Shown one piece after another: positions 19,459-28,418 of a DNA stretch of 49,476 nt. The notes beneath the pieces were generated by a model. The model did not search any database. It worked only from the letters and a program-made list of their open reading frames with translations, and was not told the DNA's origin. This DNA is from Euryarchaeota archaeon UBA549. GTDB lineage: Archaea; Thermoplasmatota; Poseidoniia; Poseidoniales; Poseidoniaceae. A program made the translations under genes and the position numbers. How positions within the stretch are numbered: position 1 is the first letter of the stretch; each line of letters opens with the position of its first letter. The DNA lies in assembly GCA_002495645.1 (NCBI GenBank), contig DAGF01000091.1, forward strand, positions 1 to 49,476, read 5' to 3'.

Positions 19459-20865
19459 ATGACCACTTGGGTTCCAACCGCTTACCGAACACACACCCTC
19501 GGCGAATTGCAAGCACAGGGCGCCGACCTCGTTGGAAAAGACGTCACTGTTATCGGATTCATGGAAGCCAACCGGGGCAAAGGAGCGATTTGTTTCGTCG
19601 ACCTTCGCGACGGAACTGGCAAAACGCAGGTCTTCCTCAAGGCGGACAACATCGGGGAAGAAGCCCTTGACACGGTTCAGCGAATGACCCGAGAGTCAAC
19701 CCTCCAATTCACCGGCACCGTGGCTCTCAAGCGCCCTCCCAAGGTGAAAGAAGGTGAACCAACCCCCCCGCCAGCCTACGAAGTCTTGGCCACTTCGGTC
19801 AATGTCATCGCACGAGCCGAGGCACCCCTCCCATTGGGCGTTACCGACAACGTCAATGTGGAACTCGACACCCGCCTTGACAACCGGTTCCTCGACCTCC
19901 GAAGAGCTCACGTGAACGCCATGTTCCGGCTGCGAGGCAAAGTCCTGCAGTACGGTCGAGAGCACCTCATCACCGAGGGCTTTGTCGAAACGCATACGCC
20001 AAAGATCGTCGCCACCGCCACCGAGGGCGGCGCTGACCTGTTTCCCATGCAATACTTTGACCGCCCAGCCTTCCTGAACCAATCCCCTCAATTGTTCAAG
20101 CAACTGTGCATGAGCGGCGGCCTCGAGCGGGTCTTCGAAATCGGTCCTGCCTTCCGAGCAGAAAAGAGCGACACCTATCGCCACCTGGCGGAATTTATTT
20201 CCTTCGATATTGAATGTTCTTGGGCCAACGACGACGACGTGATGGGCGTGCTTGAACGCATGCTCCACCACATCTGGAAATCGGTCGCCGAGGATGAAGA
20301 GTCGCAGGACCATATCGACACCATCAACGCTTTCCGTGCCGAGCAAGGTGAAGAGTTGGTCGAGGTCATCGTCCCAGAACTGCCCTTCCCTCGGGTGGAG
20401 TACGACGACGCCATCCGCATCATCAAGGAGAAAGGCGGCAGCATTGAGTGGGGCGACGACATCGACGCAGAGAACTCCGACCTCTTGGCTCAAGACCTCC
20501 CACAATTCTACTTCCTTCCGCGTTGGCCCATGTCCCTCAAGCCGTTTTACATCCACCAAATTGAAGGTGAAATTGGAAGCACGGGTGAACAACTCTCACG
20601 TGGCTTTGACCTCAACTTCGGAAGGGACGAAATGACCTCTGGCGGTCAGCGAGAACATCGCATTGATGTGTTGGTGGAAAACCTCCGCAACATGGATTTG
20701 GACCCCGAGGAATTCGAATTTTATGTCGCTGGTTTCCGCCACGGTGTGCCTCCACACGCTGGTTGGGGCCTTGGTGTTGAGCGCATTTTGATGAAGTTGA
20801 CAGGAGCGAAGAACGTCCGTGAAACGGTCCTCTTCCCCCGCGACCTTCGCCGATATTGCCCTTGA
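19459..20865 (+). CDS. aspS: Aspartate--tRNA ligase, archaeal type
   Basis: [60 protein letters not shown] and LFPRD. QLFKQ and SGGQREH favour AspRS over AsnRS. Confidence 0.93.
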   Translation: MTTWVPTAYRTHTLGELQAQGADLVGKDVTVIGFMEANRGKGAICFVDLRDGTGKTQVFLKADNIGEEALDTVQRMTRESTLQFTGTVALKRPPKVKEGEPTPPPAYEVLATSVNVIARAEAPLPLGVTDNVNVELDTRLDNRFLDLRRAHVNAMFRLRGKVLQYGREHLITEGFVETHTPKIVATATEGGADLFPMQYFDRPAFLNQSPQLFKQLCMSGGLERVFEIGPAFRAEKSDTYRHLAEFISFDIECSWANDDDVMGVLERMLHHIWKSVAEDEESQDHIDTINAFRAEQGEELVEVIVPELPFPRVEYDDAIRIIKEKGGSIEWGDDIDAENSDLLAQDLPQFYFLPRWPMSLKPFYIHQIEGEIGSTGEQLSRGFDLNFGRDEMTSGGQREHRIDVLVENLRNMDLDPEEFEFYVAGFRHGVPPHAGWGLGVERILMKLTGAKNVRETVLFPRDLRRYCP

Positions 20866-20879
20866 GCACGTGGCATCCA

Positions 20880-21566
20880 TCATCCGAAGAGCAGAAAGTA
20901 CCCGACGCCAAAGACCACCACGTCGCAGATGGCGTGGGTGATGTAGGGAATCCAAATGCTCCGATAACGCACGTAGAGCCAACTGAAGGCGGCGCCCCCA
21001 ACGAAAAGACCGAGGCAAGCCAAAAGGTTCGCCGTGAGCGAAAATCCGAGGAACCACAGGGCAAAGAAATGGTGGACAACGAACATGAGAGCAGATGCGA
21101 AAATGGTCGGCCAGCCCGGGCCAAAAACAACCTCGCCTTTCTCGACGAGGAACCAACGGAACACGTATTCCTCTAACACCGAATTTCCAACCGTCCAGAA
21201 CACGGCGGCGGCAATGTAGGTGTTGACATCGGTCAAGCCAAAGGGTTCGAGCGTCGCTCGGAATGTTTGCTGGTCTAGGCGCGACTCGCCGATGAACAAC
21301 CATGCCAGCACCATGACGACGGCAAAGACGAGTCCGATGGCGGTCGCTGCGCCATAGCCACCGTTTCGAACCGGCGACCACGACCATGATTTTCGGTCCA
21401 CGCTCAGATGCCACCACAATGGCAGGCCAAGCATCCAAGCCTTGGAGAGCAACCAAACGAGTTGTCCAACCAAACCTTCACCTGTACCAAACGAGGCCAG
21501 AATCGAAGCGGTGGGAGCTAGCCCAACCAGGAGGAAGGCAAGCAAAGCTCGTCGCTTTTCCAACAC
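20880..21566 (-). CDS. CPBP (CAAX protease/Abi) family intramembrane metalloprotease
   Basis: EEYVFRW, FVVHH and HAICD motifs in a multi-TM protein. Probable GTG start 1 nt after the stop of the upstream lipase. Confidence 0.85.
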   Translation of the reverse strand: MLEKRRALLAFLLVGLAPTASILASFGTGEGLVGQLVWLLSKAWMLGLPLWWHLSVDRKSWSWSPVRNGGYGAATAIGLVFAVVMVLAWLFIGESRLDQQTFRATLEPFGLTDVNTYIAAAVFWTVGNSVLEEYVFRWFLVEKGEVVFGPGWPTIFASALMFVVHHFFALWFLGFSLTANLLACLGLFVGGAAFSWLYVRYRSIWIPYITHAICDVVVFGVGYFLLFG

Positions 21567-21567
21567 T

Positions 21568-24546
21568 TCACGCACCCCAATCCGTGTCAAGGCCCGTCCA
21601 ACCGGAGGTGTCATCGGACTCAACAACGGGCACATCCTCAACAGCCGTGGGCGTTGGTTGGAGAGCAGAAAGGTCGACGGGAACATCCGCATTCGCGCCA
21701 AGAGACGAGGGTTCGCTCGGTTCAGCCGTTGCCTGGAGTTGAGCCCCCCAATCTGATGCAGTTGGTTGCAGGGATTCAGCGGGTGTGGGCAAATGCGCAG
21801 GTTCTGCTGGTTGAGGAGGAGGGAGTGGTGGGGCTGTCGCCGGCGAGGAAAAGACGGGGGGTTGGGTCGGTCGGTTCTCGGGCACGACAAACATCGCTTC
21901 TTCAAACGCTGAAGGTGCAAACTCAAGTCCTCCCTCCGTCCTTCGCCGGTAGGCAACGGCGCCACCAGCGCATGCACCGACCAAAATCAGGAGCCACAAA
22001 ACCACGCCCAACCACGATGAAAAGGTCCCGCTGTTGGGAAAGGCGTCGTAGGCATCGGCGACGCCATCGCCATCAGCGTCGTATTTTGCCCCACTGTCAG
22101 TGGGGAAAGCATCCGCGTTGTCCCCGAGCCCATCACCGTCAGAATCCAGCGTTTCGGTGGCGTCATTGGGGAAGGCGTCGGCGTTATCGCCCACGCCGTC
22201 AAGGTCGGTGTCCAAGCATTCGTCAGGGTTCAATGGGAAGACATCGCTGTTGTCGCCGCATCCATCGTCGTCGGTGTCGTTCCATTCGCTGGCATCGTTG
22301 GGGAAGCGGTCCTGGTTATCCCCCACACCTTCGCCGTCGGTGTCGTTCCATTCACTGGCATCAAACGGGAAAGCGTCCCGGTTATCTCCGTAGGAATCGT
22401 TGTCTCGGTCGGCCCAATCAGTGGCGTCGTTTGGAAATAAATCGGTGTTATCGCCGTAGCCATCGGCGTCTGTATCAACCCATTCCGTAGGGTCGAAGGG
22501 GAAATCATCGTTGGTGTTGGCGTAACCGTCGCCGTCTCGGTCAGGACAGCCCATCGGGTAGAGGGAACGACCTGCTTCGAGCGGACACGCATCACCGTTA
22601 TCGCCGACGCCGTCGCCATCAAGGTCGGTCCACTCATCTTCGTCGGTTGGAAAGACATCGGCGTTATCGCCCACGCCGTCCTCGTCGGCGTCGCTGCATT
22701 CACTCGGGTCAAAGGGGAAGGCATCGCTGTTATCACCGCAGCCATCACGGTCGGTGTCCTTCCATTCCGTTGGATCGACGGGGAAGGCGTCCTCGCCATC
22801 CAGCCACGTATCGTCGTCCGTGTCTTCGTCTCGCTGGTCGGACCCGGCCGTCGTTTCATCGGCGTTTGACAGACCGTCGCCGTCGATATCGTCGTCCTCA
22901 GCGTCATGGCAGCCATCGCCGTCCAAATCAGCCTCATGAGGACCAATCCATCCCTGAGAGCAGACGTCATCACCATCCAACACCCCATCGTTATCATCGT
23001 CGTCGTCCTCCACATCCGAACATCCATCGCCGTCGTGGTCGTTCAAGTTGGGACTGAACGGGCAGGGGTCCGTCAAATCGCTAAGACCATCGCCGTCTGA
23101 ATCGCGCTGCGCAGCCGAACAGCCTCGCTCGTCAACGCTCTCGCCGTTGGCCGTTCCTTGGCATTCGTCCACGCCGTTCAACACCCCGTCTCCGTCGTCG
23201 TCAAGTTGCTCATAGGAACAACCCTGCGTGTTGGCTTGCTGGTCGGTTTGGGTCCAGGGGCATTGGTCGACCGTGTCCACAACGCCGTCGCCGTCCGTAT
23301 CGGCTGTGCCCACGGCTTCAATGGCATACCGTGCGATGACATCGTGCATCACGGACGTGGGGTGGGCCTTGTCGAAAAAGATGTACTCGTCAACGTTTGC
23401 AGCGATGCTGCTGCCGCTGTTGCAAATGGGAAGTGGCAAGAGCGTGGTTCCCCCCGAACAGGCTGCGTCCTGAACATTGGTCAGGCCGAGGGCTTCCTTG
23501 TTGGCCGTGATATCACCAAAAATGGTCCATGCATCTACGGTGTGGATGGTGATGCCGAGTTCAGCTCGAAGACTGATGATGATGTTGGCGAGTTGGTTGT
23601 TGTAATCAATGACCTCGTTTCGTATCGTTGTTTGTTGGGAGGATGAGCGGCTTTGAATTTCCGGCGTGTCCTCCAGCGGCGGTAAGTTTGGAACCACCAA
23701 GGTACGAGCACCCGCACCGGCCAGTTGGCGAATGTGTGCTTCCATGTTGGTGGCAATGGTATCGGCGTTGGCCGTCCCGTAGAGGAAGTCGTTACCGCCG
23801 GCCCAGAGGCTGACCACGGCGTTGCTCGGTATCGTGGCTTGGACATTGGCCAAATAACTGGAAATTTGCGTGCCAACGTTTGGAATGAGCAAATAGGCGT
23901 AGCCCGAACCGGTTTGCGCTCCACCAAAGGCTCGGTTCGCCCCGCTGGTCGCTATGCCAGAGCCGATGCTGCTGGTCAAACCGTAGGCATCGTACAGGCC
24001 GCCCAACCAGACCTCCCCGTTGGAAAAACGCCCTTGCCAGTAAGGCGGCACATCGGGTGTGTTGAGAATCGAGGCTTTCGCATTCCCCATGTCGGACAAG
24101 GAATCACCGAAAGCAAGCAAGGAGCCTGCAGTTCCCATCTTCACCTGTCGGAAAACAACAAAATGGATCTCCGCACTTCCAAGAACAGCGTCCGTGCTGT
24201 CGTAGACCACGACACTGACCTCGTGGAAATGTTCACCACGATAGAACATGGAGAGGTTGAGGTCAACAACGGTAAAAGTTCCCGTAGCCGTGAACAAAAG
24301 CGTCCCGTTGTCAACGGTTCCCGACCCATCGGACAACACCCACTCTGCTCGCATCACTTCGTTGTAAGGCGCATTGCGCAGTCGGAGGTCAACCTCCACC
24401 ACCTCTTGGGAGGTCCAATCATGCCGTGGGATTTCAAGCGAAACAACGGTGGAACGTGCGTCAATGGCGCCTGAAACGGGCAAAAGCGGGGCCATCAACA
24501 CGAAGAGGATGACCCAAACCAAACGTTGCACGAGTTTGCTATGCAT
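21568..24546 (-). CDS. Membrane-anchored SGNH/GDSL esterase-lipase with thrombospondin type-3 repeat stalk
   Basis: FGDSLSDMGN, GRFSNG, NRAFGGA, WAGGNDF and FFDKAHPT, then many DxDxDGxGDNxDAFPxD repeats, TM, RRR and a Pro-rich tail. Start moved to ATG 24546. Confidence 0.88.
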   Translation of the reverse strand: MHSKLVQRLVWVILFVLMAPLLPVSGAIDARSTVVSLEIPRHDWTSQEVVEVDLRLRNAPYNEVMRAEWVLSDGSGTVDNGTLLFTATGTFTVVDLNLSMFYRGEHFHEVSVVVYDSTDAVLGSAEIHFVVFRQVKMGTAGSLLAFGDSLSDMGNAKASILNTPDVPPYWQGRFSNGEVWLGGLYDAYGLTSSIGSGIATSGANRAFGGAQTGSGYAYLLIPNVGTQISSYLANVQATIPSNAVVSLWAGGNDFLYGTANADTIATNMEAHIRQLAGAGARTLVVPNLPPLEDTPEIQSRSSSQQTTIRNEVIDYNNQLANIIISLRAELGITIHTVDAWTIFGDITANKEALGLTNVQDAACSGGTTLLPLPICNSGSSIAANVDEYIFFDKAHPTSVMHDVIARYAIEAVGTADTDGDGVVDTVDQCPWTQTDQQANTQGCSYEQLDDDGDGVLNGVDECQGTANGESVDERGCSAAQRDSDGDGLSDLTDPCPFSPNLNDHDGDGCSDVEDDDDDNDGVLDGDDVCSQGWIGPHEADLDGDGCHDAEDDDIDGDGLSNADETTAGSDQRDEDTDDDTWLDGEDAFPVDPTEWKDTDRDGCGDNSDAFPFDPSECSDADEDGVGDNADVFPTDEDEWTDLDGDGVGDNGDACPLEAGRSLYPMGCPDRDGDGYANTNDDFPFDPTEWVDTDADGYGDNTDLFPNDATDWADRDNDSYGDNRDAFPFDASEWNDTDGEGVGDNQDRFPNDASEWNDTDDDGCGDNSDVFPLNPDECLDTDLDGVGDNADAFPNDATETLDSDGDGLGDNADAFPTDSGAKYDADGDGVADAYDAFPNSGTFSSWLGVVLWLLILVGACAGGAVAYRRRTEGGLEFAPSAFEEAMFVVPENRPTQPPVFSSPATAPPLPPPQPAEPAHLPTPAESLQPTASDWGAQLQATAEPSEPSSLGANADVPVDLSALQPTPTAVEDVPVVESDDTSGWTGLDTDWGA
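22030..23305 (-). repeat. Coding thrombospondin type-3-like (Ca-binding) Asp-rich repeat array
   Basis: Degenerate tandem repeats of about 23 aa (EWxDTDGDGxGDNxDAFPxDx) within the lipase ORF. Boundaries are approximate. Confidence 0.85.
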
Positions 24547-24613
24547 CGGGGTTTGTAAGCCCTTTCCCACGATACGACACAAGCATGATAGCCTCATGTC
24601 CTCTGTTTGAGGC

Positions 24614-25360
24614 ATGGCCGTCGACCGAATGCAGTGGGGGGCCGAGGCGTGGCAGTACGCTGACCTTTACATGCCCGATGACCCCTCACCGTTCCAAAAA
24701 GACGAGGGCATCCCCTGCATCATGCTCATTCACGGTGGGTTTTGGAAGCAGCAGTACACGCTTGAGTTGATGCAACCCATCGCTGAAGACTTGGCGGAAG
24801 CCGGTGTGGCTGCTTGGAACATCGAATTCAAGCGGTGGGCACCGGGTGATGAAGGCGTTTGGATGGACACCCTTTCTGATGTTCTCAGAGCGTGGGGTCA
24901 ACTCGCCCTCCTTCCCGGCATCGACATCGCCCGCTCCATGGTGATGGGACACTCGGCGGGGGGCCAACTTGCGTTGTTGATGAGCGCGAAGGCCGAGCGA
25001 AGACCTTGGTTGGCCATTGCTCAAGCCCCCTTATCGGACCTCATTGGTGCTGACCACGCCCGCCTATCGGATGAGGGCGATGCCGTACGGCGCTGGATTG
25101 GTTGTGCACCCGAAGCCAACGAAACGCTCTGGCGGCAACTCAATCCTGTCGACCACCCACCGACCACGAGCGTGTTGCTGTTCCACGGCGAAGAGGACGA
25201 AGATGTGCCCGTTGAACAGTCCGAAACATATGCGAGGGTGATGAAGGCCAAGGGCGCTGACGTGCAGAAAGTTTGGCTTCCCGGCAATCACTACGACATC
25301 ATCGATGTGGCCTCCGACGATTGGCTGGTGCAACTCAACACCATCCTCGACTGGTTGTGA
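24614..25360 (+). CDS. Alpha/beta hydrolase (HSL/arylformamidase-like)
   Basis: HGGFW oxyanion motif, GHSAGG nucleophile elbow, HGEEDEDVP acid and GNHY His. Confidence 0.85.
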   Translation: MAVDRMQWGAEAWQYADLYMPDDPSPFQKDEGIPCIMLIHGGFWKQQYTLELMQPIAEDLAEAGVAAWNIEFKRWAPGDEGVWMDTLSDVLRAWGQLALLPGIDIARSMVMGHSAGGQLALLMSAKAERRPWLAIAQAPLSDLIGADHARLSDEGDAVRRWIGCAPEANETLWRQLNPVDHPPTTSVLLFHGEEDEDVPVEQSETYARVMKAKGADVQKVWLPGNHYDIIDVASDDWLVQLNTILDWL

Positions 25361-25441
25361 CACCAAGAACCACGCCCGACGGTAACCTCCTGCTTTTGGC
25401 TCCATCCCAAGGCCTATGACCTAGGGCGATGTCCACGGGCC

Positions 25442-26257
25442 ATGGACCTCCTCGGCAACGACTACCCGTTTGTTTCAACCGCCCTTGAAGGCAAGCACGC
25501 CTTTGTCTGCGGTGCGAGCCAAGGTATCGGTGAAGCCACTGCAAAAATGCTCGCAAAAGCCGGAGCTGACGTGACGGTCTGTGCACGAAACGGAGCGGCG
25601 CTGACGGCACTTTGCGAAGAATTGGGGCGCATCGGTTCCGGTCGCCACCAAGCTTTGATGCTCGATTTGGAAGAAACGGACAGCATCGATTCGGCCTTTG
25701 CATCAGCCGTTGAAACGTTGGGTCCGGTTCACATTCTCATCAACAACGCAGGCGGACCTCCCGGCGGACCGCTGCTGAACAACGAAGTGTCTGACTTTGA
25801 GGCCCCGTTCCGACGGCACCTCCACGCCGCCCACACCTTGGTCAAAGCCGCATCACCAGCCATGGAATCCGAAGGCTACGGCCGTATCGTGCAAATCATT
25901 TCCACCTCGGTCAAGGAACCCATTCCCAACATCGGTCTTTCAAACACCCTTCGGGGAGCCATGGCCTCGTGGGCGAAATCCATGTCCAACGAACTCGCCC
26001 CCTGCATCACCATCAACAACGTTCTTCCTGGATTCACCGACACCGAACGACTCGGTAATTTGTCGGCCTCCATCCAAGAACGCACGGGGAAGTCCGCTCA
26101 GGCGGTTCGTGAAGGCTGGTTGAACCAGGTGCCCATTGGCCGACTCATCGACCCCCTCGAGACGGCCAGTGCCATCACCTACCTCTGCCTCCCTGCTTCA
26201 GGCGGCATTCGCGGCGTGAGTTTGGCCGTGGACGGCGGACGACTCCGCTCAATTTGA
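25442..26257 (+). CDS. SDR family oxidoreductase
   Basis: CGASQGIG, ILINNAGGP, NNVLPG.TDT.R and VDGG motifs. The YxxxK position reads SNTLR (atypical SDR subgroup). Confidence 0.9.
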   Translation: MDLLGNDYPFVSTALEGKHAFVCGASQGIGEATAKMLAKAGADVTVCARNGAALTALCEELGRIGSGRHQALMLDLEETDSIDSAFASAVETLGPVHILINNAGGPPGGPLLNNEVSDFEAPFRRHLHAAHTLVKAASPAMESEGYGRIVQIISTSVKEPIPNIGLSNTLRGAMASWAKSMSNELAPCITINNVLPGFTDTERLGNLSASIQERTGKSAQAVREGWLNQVPIGRLIDPLETASAITYLCLPASGGIRGVSLAVDGGRLRSI

Positions 26258-26266
26258 GGTGGCCGC

Positions 26267-27115
26267 ATGGATGCAGAAGTCTCTCCAGAAATGGCAGCCC
26301 AAGTGCTCGGGATGTTGACCGACGGCGGGTCCATGGACCACATCAATACTTCACTTGCACTCCATCTCATCCCGCTCGCACAGGAAGTCAAAGACCAGGA
26401 ATTGGTGGAACAACTCTTGGAACACGCCAGCAAGGTGGCCAAGAACGATGAAGAACGTGGATGGGCCAAATTTGAGGCACTCAAGGTGATGGAAGCGAGT
26501 TTGGAGAGTTTTCTTCGGCTGGCCGAAGAAGCCGAGCACATCGAGGACGCAAAAGGCTTGACGGCGGCGGTCAATCACTACGTCGCACTGCTCTACATGG
26601 CTGAAGGGAAACTCGACGAAGCACGAGCCACCGCGCAACACGCTCTGCGCCTACGCCATGTCATCGAAGACAAACAGGGGCTCTCCTACGGCATGGCCTT
26701 GCTCATGGCCGTCGCCAAGCGACAGCACGACGAAGAGACCGCCATTGCCGTTGGCACCGAACGCTTGGAGTTGCTCATGACGCTCAAGGATGAGGAGGGG
26801 CAGATGGAAGTTCTCGCTGATTTGGCCCACTGCCAAGCGACCATCGGCGAGTTCACCACCGCACAAGACCTGTTTGAACAATCGCTGGAGCGAGCCAAGG
26901 GTCTTGGAAGCCTCTCAGGTCAACTGGTCGCACGGTGGGGCCTTGCTGATTTGGCTGAAATCAGAGAAGACTACCAAACTGCCATGCTGGTCCTCTCCGA
27001 CGCCCTTCACGAATTCATCGCACTCGATGTCCCAGCACCCGCACAACTTCGCCAGCGCATCAGCGATTTAACCGATATCAAAGGCCAGCCGCAGCCAGAC
27101 AATGGCGAAGCCTAG
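26267..27115 (+). CDS. Tetratricopeptide-like helical repeat protein
   Basis: All-helical protein with TPR-like segments (VALLYMAEGKLDEARATAQHAL; LAHCQATIGEFTTAQDLFEQSL). GAGGTGG SD overlaps the SDR stop. Confidence 0.7.
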   Translation: MDAEVSPEMAAQVLGMLTDGGSMDHINTSLALHLIPLAQEVKDQELVEQLLEHASKVAKNDEERGWAKFEALKVMEASLESFLRLAEEAEHIEDAKGLTAAVNHYVALLYMAEGKLDEARATAQHALRLRHVIEDKQGLSYGMALLMAVAKRQHDEETAIAVGTERLELLMTLKDEEGQMEVLADLAHCQATIGEFTTAQDLFEQSLERAKGLGSLSGQLVARWGLADLAEIREDYQTAMLVLSDALHEFIALDVPAPAQLRQRISDLTDIKGQPQPDNGEA

Positions 27116-27167
27116 TGTGCCACACTCATTATGAGCCATGGCGGTGTGGGGTAGACGGTGAGTGTGC

Positions 27168-28418
27168 ATGGAGCATGATATCTTCTTCTCCATCTCCCAA
27201 ACGCCCGACGAAGACGGGCATATTCCAACCGAAGCCACGATGTTGAGAAATTATTTCCAACAACTGGCGTGTGCTGACCGCTTGGGCTTTGGCGTTGGCT
27301 GGATTGCTCAAGCCCATCTTTCCACAGAGACCCAGAAATCCAACCAGCGGCCTGTCGTGCCGCACTGGAAGGGTGAAGTCGGCCTTTGCACCGACTTCCC
27401 ACAACTTGCCTTGGAGTCCTTTCGGCGAACCAGCAACATCGAGATCGGCAGTGCCGTCGTTTCTATTCTCGCTTCAGGTGGCCCCATCGCACAGGCCGAA
27501 CGCATGGCGAACGTCTTGAGCTTGCACGGCCTTGACGAAAACGAACAACGATGCCTCCACGTCGGTTTTTCTGCCGGTCGCTTCGAGTTCATGGCGCGCC
27601 CGTACGGCGTCGTGCCCCGAAACGCCATCGAGGAAGCGGCGTGGCCCGCTTTGCGAGGTCAAATCTTCATGGAAGCTGCCGAAATTTTCCTCCGTTTGTT
27701 GCGAGGTGACGTCATCAATTCCACCATGATTCGCCCCACCGTCCTCACCCGAGCCAACTTCAGAAGCGACGAAGACTGGGAGGCCGTCCAGGACGCTGCT
27801 GTTGAATTTGAGGCGCTTGATGGTCGACCGGAAGAGATCAAGATCCCGTCAAGGTACGTGTTTGAAGACCTCAAAATCATCCCTTCGGACTTCCGTCGTT
27901 CCCTGTTGAAACTGGTCGCTGGCACGCACGACCCTCGGGCACAGACCTTCGTCAACACCATCCTCCCTGTCAAGGTGTTCAACCTCTCCATCACCTCGCC
28001 CGAGGTGATTGATGCAACCCACGAGCGCATGCGAGAGGTCTACCACACCGATGGTGGGGCGTGGAAAAGAAGCGATATGCCTCGAACCAGTTTTGTCTTC
28101 TTGAACGCAGAGGACGGCCTTTCGCCCGAGGAACAAAGTGCTGCTGCACACATCGAAGCAGACCGGGCACTGAGCGCCTATTGGAACGCCTTGGAAGGTA
28201 CCATCGACCCCGACAAAGTCTCGAAGGCGGCCAACAATGCGCTGATTGGAAACGTTGAGGAGGTGGCCAAACAGATGGTGGGGCGATTCCATCCCGAAGA
28301 CCGCATCATGGCGTGGTTTGATTTCTTCAACCACGACAGCGACCGAGTGTGTCGAAACATGACGGCGTACATGGAACAGGTCGTGCCTCGTGTAGAAGCC
28401 ATGTTGAGGGAGGCATGA
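27168..28418 (+). CDS. LLM-class (luciferase-like) flavin-dependent oxidoreductase
   Basis: ADRLGF..GWIAQAH, RTSNIEIGSAV, AQAER, VGFSAG and LIGNVEEVA are LLM-like motifs. GGTGA SD precedes ATG 27168. Confidence 0.8.
   Translation: MEHDIFFSISQTPDEDGHIPTEATMLRNYFQQLACADRLGFGVGWIAQAHLSTETQKSNQRPVVPHWKGEVGLCTDFPQLALESFRRTSNIEIGSAVVSILASGGPIAQAERMANVLSLHGLDENEQRCLHVGFSAGRFEFMARPYGVVPRNAIEEAAWPALRGQIFMEAAEIFLRLLRGDVINSTMIRPTVLTRANFRSDEDWEAVQDAAVEFEALDGRPEEIKIPSRYVFEDLKIIPSDFRRSLLKLVAGTHDPRAQTFVNTILPVKVFNLSITSPEVIDATHERMREVYHTDGGAWKRSDMPRTSFVFLNAEDGLSPEEQSAAAHIEADRALSAYWNALEGTIDPDKVSKAANNALIGNVEEVAKQMVGRFHPEDRIMAWFDFFNHDSDRVCRNMTAYMEQVVPRVEAMLREA

Noticed and set aside
22030..23305. Periodic DNA repeats that could suggest a CRISPR array
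   Set aside because: The repeats are degenerate, in-frame and coding (TSP3-like). There are no identical direct repeats with unique spacers and no cas genes.
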